Notes under the pieces: model-generated
Seen by the model: the letters and a program-made list of their open reading frames with translations, nothing else
Told to the model about the DNA's origin: nothing
Databases searched by the model: none
Origin: a virus
IMG/VR virus record: IMGVR_UViG_3300028576_000001
DNA: 43,476 nt
Strand: one strand, 5' to 3'
Made by a program: the position numbers and the translations under genes
In this document: positions 1 through 6,685 of the stretch, piece after piece
Position numbering within the stretch: the stretch's first letter is position 1
Layout of the letters: each line of letters starts with the position of its first letter

Positions 1-248
1 CAGCTATGGCTTACAGTGAAACATATGACTGGTTGTTTGTACCTGCTGAAACACTTGGTGACAGTGCATTACCTGTTGGTGATAACTTCTATCAGGCGGT
101 AACAACAAGCGGTTACAAAATTGCTCGGTTGGGCGGTGGTTGGTATTATGCTTCTTATGCTGGTGCTTTCTATTGGATTGTGTATGATGCCCCTTCTAGT
201 CGTGGTCGGGATATCGGCGGTCGCTTGGTGTATGTACCTGCTGCGTAA
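1..248 (+). CDS. Tail-fibre protein, 3' end. It continues the ORF that starts at 41573 and is joined through the 127-nt terminal overlap. C-terminal C-type-lectin/FGE-like domain carrying the DGR variable region.
   Basis: Same frame as 41573 once the overlap is removed (43355 = position 6). The C-terminus ...RLGGGWYYASYAGAFYWIVYDAPSSRGRDIGGRLVYVPAA has the G/W/Y/R-rich pattern typical of DGR CLec-fold targets. Stop TAA at 246-248. Confidence 0.85.
   Translation, partial: AMAYSETYDWLFVPAETLGDSALPVGDNFYQAVTTSGYKIARLGGGWYYASYAGAFYWIVYDAPSSRGRDIGGRLVYVPAA
119..234 (+). repeat. DGR variable region (VR), covering the last ~38 codons of the tail-fibre gene
   Basis: Aligns to 327-442 at a constant offset of 208 nt. 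Of 116 positions, 26 mismatch, and every mismatch lies opposite a TR adenine. The 3' boundary is uncertain and could extend to ~240 with one non-A mismatch. Confidence 0.92.
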
Positions 249-326
249 ATGTAACTTGAAAATTTAATAATATGGGCAAGCAGTCCTGACCTTTTACAGG
301 GAAAAATCACAAACAAAAGAAAGCTT

Positions 327-442
327 AATTGCTCAATTAGGCAGTAATTGGAATAATGCTTCTAATACTGGTACTTTCAATTGGAATGTGAATAATACCC
401 CTTCTAATCGTAATCGGAATATCAGCAGTCACTTAGTAAATG
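327..442 (+). repeat. DGR template repeat (TR), non-coding
   Basis: Begins 79 nt after the tail-fibre stop. Read in the VR frame it gives IAQLGSNWNNASNTGTFNWNVNNTPSNRNRNISSHLVN with 12 AAT codons, the usual AAY-rich TR design. It lies inside no ORF. Confidence 0.92.
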
Positions 443-450
443 CACAAAAC

Positions 451-474
451 AGCACCCTTGAAATACAGGGTGCT
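451..474 (+). other. Perfect 8-bp hairpin just 3' of the TR (AGCACCCT-tgaaatac-AGGGTGCT). Candidate DGR RNA spacer structure or attenuator.
   Basis: Arms 451-458 and 467-474 are exact reverse complements, followed by GTTCTATTAT. Confidence 0.5.
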
Positions 475-618
475 GTTCTATTATAAAACCATGTGAAACT
501 GCTTGCCCTGGCTCTTGCCAAAACATAAAAAGGATAATTGAACTGTATTGGTAAATTTGAAAAGTTAATTTCAAATTGAAGATTCAGTTTGATTGTGCAT
601 ACAAAGGAAGTCCATCAC

Positions 619-1701
619 ATGAAAAGACATATTCACCCACTTAATAATCAGAATTGCACCTTGTGGGAAGCAATATGTGATATGGAAAACCTGAAACTTG
701 CACACCAAAATGCGAAGAAAGGCAAAGGGTGGTATGCAGAAGTAAAGATGGTTGATGAAAACCCTGAATATTATTTGGGATTGCTTCAACAAATGATGCT
801 GAACCATACTTACAGAACTTCTGAATACAAGACCTTCATCAAAAAGGACAGCGGAAAAGAAAGGGAAATATTCAAGCTTCCTTACTTTCCTGACCGCATT
901 TGTCAATGGGCAATATTGCAGGTCATTGAACCAATTCTGATAAGGAACTTTACCAATGACACCTATTCTGCTATACCAGGCAGAGGTATTCACCAAGCGT
1001 TCACAAGGATAAAACATGCGGTTCAGAATGATGTTCCAGGTACACAGTATTGCTTAAAGCTTGATGCAAAGAAATATTACCCTTCCATTGACCACAACAT
1101 CCTGAAAGACAAATACAGGCGGTTGTTCAAGGACAATGACTTACTTTGGTTGTTGGATGAAATCATTGGTTCAACACCAGGCAACAAAGGCATACCGATT
1201 GGGAATTACCTTTCACAGTACAGTGGAAACTTTTATCTGTCATCCTTTGACCACTGGCTGAAAGAAGTGAAGGGTATCAAGTATTATTACCGTTACATGG
1301 ATGACATAGTTATTTTGTCAAATTCAAAAGAACATTTGCACCAGTTAAGAAAAGAAATTGATGAATACTTCCGCAAGGAATTGAAGCTGACCATCAAGGA
1401 AAACTGGCAAGTGTTCCCCACATTTGACAGGGGCATTGATTTTGTTGGTTACCGTATCTTTTTAGGATATTCACTGTTAAGAAAGACCACATGCAAGCAG
1501 ATGAAGGTCAAGATGGTAAAAATCAGAAAGAAAGTTGAAGGCGGTCAGGAAATGAATCATTCAGAATGGTGTTCAATCAATTCATACAAGGGGTGGTTGA
1601 TGCATTGTGACAGTTACAGATTAAGTATGAAATACATTGAACCTATTCAGAAACATGCAAATGACTATTACATCAAAAATATTAAAAGAAAGGCAGCGTG
1701 A
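619..1701 (+). CDS. DGR reverse transcriptase
   Basis: 360 aa from ATG 619, with AAAGGAAG RBS at 602-609 (the track ORF begins upstream at 589). Motifs: FPDRICQWAI, LDAKKYYPSIDH, the DGR-diagnostic GIPIGNYLSQ, and catalytic YRYMDDIVIL. Confidence 0.93.
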   Translation: MKRHIHPLNNQNCTLWEAICDMENLKLAHQNAKKGKGWYAEVKMVDENPEYYLGLLQQMMLNHTYRTSEYKTFIKKDSGKEREIFKLPYFPDRICQWAILQVIEPILIRNFTNDTYSAIPGRGIHQAFTRIKHAVQNDVPGTQYCLKLDAKKYYPSIDHNILKDKYRRLFKDNDLLWLLDEIIGSTPGNKGIPIGNYLSQYSGNFYLSSFDHWLKEVKGIKYYYRYMDDIVILSNSKEHLHQLRKEIDEYFRKELKLTIKENWQVFPTFDRGIDFVGYRIFLGYSLLRKTTCKQMKVKMVKIRKKVEGGQEMNHSEWCSINSYKGWLMHCDSYRLSMKYIEPIQKHANDYYIKNIKRKAA

Positions 1702-1949
1702 ACCAAATGATTGATTATGGAAGGCAAAGAAGCACAGTGAAACCTGAACCAATGGTTCTTGATGAAAGCAGTGTTTGGGTACACACCAACATCCAGGAAG
1801 TAGAAGAAACGGTTGGTGAAGAAGTGTTCAGCGGTTATGAATTCAACATGGTGCAATACACCAAGGATGAATACATTGGCAAGTTGGACAACCAACTGAC
1901 TGACACACAGCTTGCCCTGGTTGAAGTCTATGAATTGATTTTAGGATAA
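1698..1949 (+). CDS. Hypothetical acidic tail-associated protein (83 aa)
   Basis: Overlaps the RT stop (GTGA), with an alternative ATG at 1707. Its position after the fibre gene resembles the small XkdW-type ORFs of PBSX-like phages. No motif recognised. Confidence 0.5.
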   Translation: MNQMIDYGRQRSTVKPEPMVLDESSVWVHTNIQEVEETVGEEVFSGYEFNMVQYTKDEYIGKLDNQLTDTQLALVEVYELILG

Positions 1950-1969
1950 GAAAGGAACGGTGAATCAGA

Positions 1970-2083
1970 GTGGCAAAAGTATATGCAGACCTTATCAGGA
2001 AAGGTCTTAAAACAATAGATGATGTTCCTGACAAATTGAAGGATGCAGTTCAAGCATTATTGGATGCTGATTCAGATGCTTAA
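1970..2083 (+). CDS. Small conserved phage protein (37 aa), VYAxLIxxGxKTIxDVP motif (CD1375-like)
   Basis: GTG start after a GAAAGGAACGGTGA RBS. Sequence VAKVYADLIRKGLKTIDDVPDKLKDAVQALLDADSDA. Too short for the ORF track. Confidence 0.6.
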   Translation: MAKVYADLIRKGLKTIDDVPDKLKDAVQALLDADSDA

Positions 2084-2120
2084 ATTACTTTTATTTTTAT
2101 TCAGAAAGGATGTGAAGGAT

Positions 2121-2249
2121 ATGGCAGTTGTTTATGCAACCCTAATTGTGAAGGGCAAGAAAAAGATTACAGATGTACCCATAACAATCAAGGAACAAGT
2201 CAAGCAGGTTTTAATTGACCTGGATTGCAGTGATTTGGCGGTAGAATAA
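2121..2249 (+). CDS. Small conserved phage protein (42 aa), tandem paralogue of 1970-2083
   Basis: MAVVYATLIVKGKKKITDVPITIKEQVKQVLIDL... has the same motif. ATG 2121 follows AAAGGATGTGAAGGA (the track ORF starts upstream at 2043). Confidence 0.6.
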   Translation: MAVVYATLIVKGKKKITDVPITIKEQVKQVLIDLDCSDLAVE

Positions 2250-2263
2250 CATTATAATCAGTA

Positions 2264-2335
2264 GGGGGTATAAAGATATACCCCCGAAGTAAAACCCCCT
2301 TACAGGTCATTCTGTGGCTTGTAGGGGGGTTTTAC
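2264..2335 (+). terminator. Tandem hairpins ending the tail operon
   Basis: Hairpin 2264-2285 is GGGGGTATA-aaga-TATACCCCC. Hairpin 2289-2335 has ~18-bp arms (GTAAAACCCCCTTACAGG / CTTGTAGGGGGGTTTTAC) and is followed by TTT. Confidence 0.75.
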
Positions 2336-2358
2336 TTTAAGAAAGAGGGTATGTCTAT

Positions 2359-2652
2359 ATGACAATTGAAGTTGCTCTTTTGATTTCAGGTGTATCAGTG
2401 GCATTTGGAATCATACAGGGGTTATCTAACATGAGAAGAAATAACAAAGCAGATGATAAAAATGATGCAACACAATTGACCACTGTTATTGTTAAGCTTG
2501 AAAATATTGCCAATGGTGTTGCTGAAATCAAATCAGAAATGACCAATGTCAAAGCTGACATTAAGGAATCCAGGGAAAGACTTATCAAGGTTGAACAGCA
2601 AGTGAAAGTTCTGAACAAAACTGTATTCAAAGGTGATGTTTCAAATGAGTAA
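2359..2652 (+). CDS. Lysis-cassette membrane-anchored coiled-coil protein (XhlA-like position)
   Basis: N-terminal TM segment (VALLISGVSVAFGIIQGL) followed by a coiled coil. It is the first gene of the lysis cassette. Confidence 0.5.
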   Translation: MTIEVALLISGVSVAFGIIQGLSNMRRNNKADDKNDATQLTTVIVKLENIANGVAEIKSEMTNVKADIKESRERLIKVEQQVKVLNKTVFKGDVSNE

Positions 2653-2953
2653 GAAAAAGAACAGATTTTCCAAGTTCATTGTGACCTTGGTTATTATTCT
2701 GAACACAGTTTTCACTGCTGCTGTTTTGTATGCATTCGTAAGAACAGGAAGTGAACCAATGACTTTAATTGGTGCATGGTTTATCTTCACAACAGGGGAA
2801 CTGTGGATGCTTTCAAGTATTAAAAAATCCAAAGTAAAGAAAGATGGTGAAAACAATGAAAATCAATTGGAAACAGAAGCTAACAAGCAGAAAGTTTTGG
2901 GCAGCAGTCATTGGTTTTGTAACTGCAATCATGGTTGCTTTTGGTGTGAATGA
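2645..2953 (+). CDS. Two-TM small membrane protein (holin-like or antiholin candidate)
   Basis: ATG 2645 overlaps the upstream stop (ATGAGTAA). Sequence MSKKKNRFSKFIVTLVIILNTVFTAAVLYAF...LIGAWFIFTTGELWMLSSI. Its 3' ~98 nt overlap the next gene in another frame. Confidence 0.5.
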   Translation: MSKKKNRFSKFIVTLVIILNTVFTAAVLYAFVRTGSEPMTLIGAWFIFTTGELWMLSSIKKSKVKKDGENNENQLETEANKQKVLGSSHWFCNCNHGCFWCE

Positions 2954-3089
2954 TTTAACCATTGAACAGGTGGTTGGACTTATCACAGCAGCATCTACAC
3001 TGATTGCTTACATAATCGGTGAAGGAATGGTTGATGCTGCAAGGGTAAAAGCAGAAACAACCACACAAGATGAAAGTGATGGTGAATAA
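2856..3089 (+). CDS. Holin (LL-H / phage_holin_4-like)
   Basis: MKINWKQKLTSRKFWAAVIGFVTAIMVAF... has the characteristic NWK..R....FW start and two TM segments. ATG 2856 follows AAAGATGGTGA (the track ORF begins at 2844). Confidence 0.75.
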   Translation: MKINWKQKLTSRKFWAAVIGFVTAIMVAFGVNDLTIEQVVGLITAASTLIAYIIGEGMVDAARVKAETTTQDESDGE

Positions 3090-3091
3090 TT

Positions 3092-4168
3092 ATGGCAATA
3101 AAAATCACACTTGACCCTGGGCATGGTAGGACTGGAAACCCCTATCCCCCACAAAAGGGTTACTATGAAGGAACACAAATGTGGAAGCTTGCAAATTTCC
3201 TGAAAACGGAACTTGAAAAGTATGGTTTTGAAGTTGTAACAACAAGACCAAATTTGAATGATGACCCTTCCCTTTCAGCAAGAGGGCAAACAGCAGGAAA
3301 GAATGGTTCTGCAATGTTTATATCCCTTCACAGTAATGCACCTGCAAGTGCTTCTGACACAAAACCAACAGGTTCAGTCATATACTATTCTTTGACAGAT
3401 GCTAACAACAAAGTATTTGCTGATAAGCTTGGAAAAAAGGCATCCGAAGTAATGGGGCATTATTACAGGGGAAGCTTAACAAGGGCATCATCCAGTGGTG
3501 CTGATTACTATGGTGTAATTAGGGCAGCAGCACAAAGTGGATGCAAAGCAGCTTTTATTGTTGAACATGGATTCCATACCAATATTAAGGATTCAGCATT
3601 CCTTATTGTGGATGATAACCTTCAAAAATTGGCGGTAGAAGAAGCAAAAGTGATTGCACAACACTTTGGTCAAGATACAAAAGAAAAACCCCCACAGGTC
3701 AATCCTGGGGTTCTGTATAGGGTTCAGACTGGTGCATTCAGTGTGAAGTCAAATGCAGATGCGTTACTTGCAAAAGTAAAGGCAGCAGGATTTGATACCT
3801 ATATGGTCAAAGTCAATGGACTGTATAAGGTTCAAGTTGGTGCTTTCAGTGTAAAAACAAATGCTGATGCTATGGCTGCAAAGTTAAAGGCAAAAGGATT
3901 TGATGTTTACATTACAACCGAAAGTGGAACACCTGTTGCATCTGAAACACAAAAGACAAAACCTGAAATTAAGGTTGGAAGTAAAGTCAAAATCAAACAG
4001 AACGCAAATGTGTATGGTAAGACAACAAAGTTCCAGTCATGGATATATCCTTTGACTTGGATTGTACATTCCATGAGTGGTGACAGGGTTGTTATCAACA
4101 AAGATACCACAGGTAAATATGCAATTATGTCACCTGTAAAGCTATCAGATTTGACATTGGTTGGATAA
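3092..4168 (+). CDS. Endolysin: N-acetylmuramoyl-L-alanine amidase (Amidase_3) with two SPOR repeats and a C-terminal SH3-like binding domain
   Basis: LDPGHG...ISLHSNA...EHGFHTN zinc-amidase motifs. Duplicated YRVQTGAFSVKSNADALLAKVKAAGF / YKVQVGAFSVKTNADAMAAKLKAKGF. Confidence 0.9.
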   Translation: MAIKITLDPGHGRTGNPYPPQKGYYEGTQMWKLANFLKTELEKYGFEVVTTRPNLNDDPSLSARGQTAGKNGSAMFISLHSNAPASASDTKPTGSVIYYSLTDANNKVFADKLGKKASEVMGHYYRGSLTRASSSGADYYGVIRAAAQSGCKAAFIVEHGFHTNIKDSAFLIVDDNLQKLAVEEAKVIAQHFGQDTKEKPPQVNPGVLYRVQTGAFSVKSNADALLAKVKAAGFDTYMVKVNGLYKVQVGAFSVKTNADAMAAKLKAKGFDVYITTESGTPVASETQKTKPEIKVGSKVKIKQNANVYGKTTKFQSWIYPLTWIVHSMSGDRVVINKDTTGKYAIMSPVKLSDLTLVG

Positions 4169-4171
4169 AAT

Positions 4172-4193
4172 ATTTGTTACTAATGTGTTACTA
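4172..4193 (-). repeat. 22-nt TAGTAACA-N3-TAGTAACAAAW element, copy E1
   Basis: The minus strand reads TAGTAACACATTAGTAACAAAT, with two 8-mers phased 11 nt apart. Copies are at 4343, 23471 and 25669. Confidence 0.7.
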
Positions 4194-4194
4194 A

Positions 4195-4342
4195 CCACTG
4201 GGTTTTAACCCTTCCTTCTGTGTTCAAAAAGTTCAACAATCCGCATAAATACAGGGTTTAAGGCACTTGTAAATTGAACAAATTCATGATATAATATCCA
4301 CAGATAACCCCGAACTGCTTATTTATAGCGGTTGGGGGTTAT
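4195..4342. other. Candidate attP region (non-coding, next to the integrase 3' end)
   Basis: Assigned by position only. It is a 150-nt gap between the convergent endolysin and integrase genes. No core sequence can be identified without the host site. Confidence 0.3.
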
Positions 4343-4346
4343 TTTT
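4305..4346. terminator. Bidirectional terminator between endolysin and integrase
   Basis: AACCCCGAAC (4305-4314) pairs with GTTGGGGGTT (4331-4340) in 9 of 10 positions. A T-run follows at 4342-4346. Confidence 0.65.
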
Positions 4347-4364
4347 GTTACTAACCTGTTATTA
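4343..4364 (-). repeat. 22-nt element, copy E2
   Basis: The minus strand reads TAATAACAGGTTAGTAACAAAA. Its first TAA is the integrase stop codon. It differs from E3 at one base. Confidence 0.7.
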
Positions 4365-5396
4365 GTTCAAAGTTGCATCTATCAATTCAATAGCTTCTTT
4401 CAGTTCTTCAATTGTCTTGTGGGTGTAGATTCTTTCACCCACTTCTTTTGATTTGTGACCCATCATCAAATCAATACAGACTTTGTTTGCACCTGCGGAA
4501 TCAAGTCTTGACCTGAATGTATGCCTGCATTCATGGGGTGTGTGTTCCATTCCCAACTGTTCCATGATGGTATTCCAAAAGATGTAATACTGACTGTTGG
4601 AAATTTTCTTCCCTTCATAACTGAAAAGATATTTGTTCCCCTGGTCTTTTCTTCTTTGAACTAACTGAACAATCTTGGAATGAATTGGAACAATACGGTC
4701 TTTTCCTGCTTTAGTCTTGATACCACCTTTTATTGTTCCTGCTTCCATGTCCACATTATCTGATTCAATAGACAGCATTTCACTGATTCTGAATCCTGTG
4801 TATAAAAGGAATATAACTGAATCAACCCATTCCTGGTCTTGAATTTCCCACACTTTGTTGACTTCTTCATCAGTGAATGGTCTTTTCTTGGTTTCAGGTA
4901 TTGGTTCAGCGGTTATCAACTGGGAATATGATTTGTTGATAACATCAAGTTCCAGTGCAAATCTATCCAAGTGACCAAACAGGTTCTTAATTGCCCACTG
5001 GGTAGAATAACCACATCCACAATTATCAATACAATCTTGCATATGGAAAGACCTGATTTCTTTATACTTCATGTTTTCAATTTTCTTACAATGCTTATAA
5101 GCTGATTTCAATGAACCTTGGGATGAAGCTGACATCTTATGAAGCTTCTTTTCTTTGAACTTTTCAAACAGTTCCTTCATGGTTATTTTGGCAGCATCTA
5201 TGTCATAGGGGTTGCGGTTATATTCAGCAAGAATCATCAGACCTTCTTCCCTTGTTGCACTGTAACCTATTGTGTCATATATGGGATGACCTTTTTCATT
5301 CCATCCTATTGTTTTACGAATAACATATGGTCGCCTGCGATTACCTGAAAGCTTGGCAACTGTACCATAACCATTTGGATTCTTGATGATGTTCAC
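4362..5396 (-). CDS. int: Tyrosine recombinase / phage integrase
   Basis: 344 aa. N-terminal SAM-like domain. Catalytic region has GFRISE...HECRHTF...LMGH...IYTH (the R-H-R-Y set). Confidence 0.92.
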   Translation of the reverse strand: MNIIKNPNGYGTVAKLSGNRRRPYVIRKTIGWNEKGHPIYDTIGYSATREEGLMILAEYNRNPYDIDAAKITMKELFEKFKEKKLHKMSASSQGSLKSAYKHCKKIENMKYKEIRSFHMQDCIDNCGCGYSTQWAIKNLFGHLDRFALELDVINKSYSQLITAEPIPETKKRPFTDEEVNKVWEIQDQEWVDSVIFLLYTGFRISEMLSIESDNVDMEAGTIKGGIKTKAGKDRIVPIHSKIVQLVQRRKDQGNKYLFSYEGKKISNSQYYIFWNTIMEQLGMEHTPHECRHTFRSRLDSAGANKVCIDLMMGHKSKEVGERIYTHKTIEELKEAIELIDATLN

Positions 5397-5420
5397 CCCC
5401 TTCCAATGAAAGCTTCATTC

Positions 5421-5873
5421 TTATAAGGAAACCTTGTTCAATTTTGCAGGTATTGGGTTCAGCTTCCTGAAATAGTCAACCATCTGTGCTGCATTGTACC
5501 AGTCCTTGGTTGCATCAATGACAATTGTTTTCAGGTCATCAGATTGATAGCTGACAAGCAAGAAGTGGTTCACAACCCTTTTTTCTTTGGTCTGCACCCT
5601 TCCACCTATCATTGCACCGATAACACCAAAGGCAACAGCACCAATAATCATTCCAGGGGCAGACTGCTTGATGATTTTTTCCATTTCAACATCTGACTTC
5701 AAATCAACCAGTGTTAATTTTGAAAAGTTAATTTCAAATTCTTGACCACATCCAACAATGGTCATTGCATCAGGTGTAAGCTTGATGGACAAATCTGAAT
5801 TCTGCGGAACTGGCAATCCTTCAACCAGGTTTCCAAGGGCAACTGCTTCATTTTTCGCTTTTTTACCGAACAT
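5421..5873 (-). CDS. Hypothetical membrane protein with a glycine-zipper TM segment (lysogeny-module accessory gene)
   Basis: The likely start is the second ATG (5873), after AAAGGCGG (the track ORF starts at 5891). It has one central TM segment, APGMIIGAVAFGVIGAMIGG. No family recognised. Confidence 0.6.
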   Translation of the reverse strand: MFGKKAKNEAVALGNLVEGLPVPQNSDLSIKLTPDAMTIVGCGQEFEINFSKLTLVDLKSDVEMEKIIKQSAPGMIIGAVAFGVIGAMIGGRVQTKEKRVVNHFLLVSYQSDDLKTIVIDATKDWYNAAQMVDYFRKLNPIPAKLNKVSL

Positions 5874-5887
5874 AATATTACCGCCTT

Positions 5888-6223
5888 TCATTTTATATAT
5901 CGTTGAATATATTTAATCCATTCATCAATTTTGGGTATAAAATCTTGGATGCTTCCTTCAACTGAATAGTGTTTATACAAGCCTTTTAATACTTGCATAT
6001 AATGTATTTTTCCTTGTAATTTAACCTTTCCAATTGGGTAACCAAAGTATTCAACAGCAAGTGTTCCATCAGACATTCTGACCAGTGTGACATTTTTATT
6101 CAAGTTTGCTTTTTGTAATTTTGTAAGCAAAGTTTCCAAAAATAATTTTTCCAAATCATTCACTTCATACACTTTTGAAGGTGGAACTGAATTATATCGG
6201 ATATTAAACTTAATCAATAGCAT
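5888..6223 (-). CDS. Hypothetical protein (111 aa), lysogeny-module accessory gene
   Basis: Start MLLIKF... at 6223 after AAAGGAAGTGATG. The track's upstream extension to 6271 runs into the TGTTACA array. No motif recognised. Confidence 0.55.
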   Translation of the reverse strand: MLLIKFNIRYNSVPPSKVYEVNDLEKLFLETLLTKLQKANLNKNVTLVRMSDGTLAVEYFGYPIGKVKLQGKIHYMQVLKGLYKHYSVEGSIQDFIPKIDEWIKYIQRYIK

Positions 6224-6244
6224 CACTTCCTTTCTTTTGGTATG

Positions 6245-6377
6245 TGTTACACATGTTACAGTGTTACACATATTTTCTTATTACTTTATTTTTATAGAAA
6301 CTATAAATTTTGATGATTTGAAGCTTTGAAAATATAAGAAATACAAAGTAAGTGTAACATGTGTAACATGTGTAACA
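6245..6377. repeat. Convergent heptamer arrays around an AT-rich core (locus A)
   Basis: TGTTACA at 6245, 6254 and 6262. An 84-bp AT-rich core. TGTAACA at 6353, 6362 and 6371. Confidence 0.85.
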
Positions 6378-6403
6378 CTATTTCTTTTCTGTGTACTTCT
6401 CAA

Positions 6404-6685
6404 TCATACAAAGGTCACCTGTATGCATTCAAGCAGTTCAACTTCCGCTGCATTCTTTTCATACATCAACCTTTCCATTGGAACATCATACCCCATCAAC
6501 CAGGCTTCATTGACATTTAGGGCTTTAGCAATTTTATATAATGCTTTCTGTTTTGGTTCATATATACCTGAATAATATTGACTTATTGCAGATTTTGAAA
6601 GACCAGTTCTTTCTACCAGGTCAGCTTGTTTCATATCTCTAATTTCCATGGCTTTTCTTAATCTACTTACAAATGATTCTTTCAT
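6404..6685 (-). CDS. XRE-family HTH repressor (CI-like, short form without a peptidase domain)
   Basis: MKQADLVERTGLSKSAISQYYSGIYEPKQKALYKIAKALNVNEAWL is a canonical HTH_3 sequence. It is divergent from the early promoter. Confidence 0.85.
   Translation of the reverse strand: MKESFVSRLRKAMEIRDMKQADLVERTGLSKSAISQYYSGIYEPKQKALYKIAKALNVNEAWLMGYDVPMERLMYEKNAAEVELLECIQVTFV

Larger units (their letters stand above)
119..1701 (+). mobile_element. Diversity-generating retroelement cassette (VR - TR - spacer - RT)
   Basis: VR/TR pair with adenine-only mismatches, plus a DGR-type reverse transcriptase on the same strand. See the individual entries. Confidence 0.92.

Noticed and set aside
571-1017. 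148-aa minus-strand ORF opposite the RT 5' region
   Set aside because: It is antisense to a gene with clear RT motifs, has no recognisable features, and shows AT-rich codon noise.
1698-1949. Possible Avd accessory gene of the DGR
   Set aside because: The protein is acidic and only 83 aa. It does not resemble the basic four-helix Avd and fits the usual small post-fibre ORFs of PBSX-like tail modules.
2844-2953. Possible programmed frameshift joining the 2-TM ORF (2645-2953) to the holin (2856-3089)
   Set aside because: No slippery heptamer is visible in the overlap. The holin has its own RBS and a characteristic MKINWK start, so the overlap is more simply a 3' tail of the upstream ORF.
5888-6271. 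Longer 127-aa version of the minus-strand ORF, starting at 6271
   Set aside because: The extra 16 codons (MCNTVTCVTHTKRKEV) are a translation of the TGTTACA repeat array. A good RBS precedes the internal ATG at 6223.
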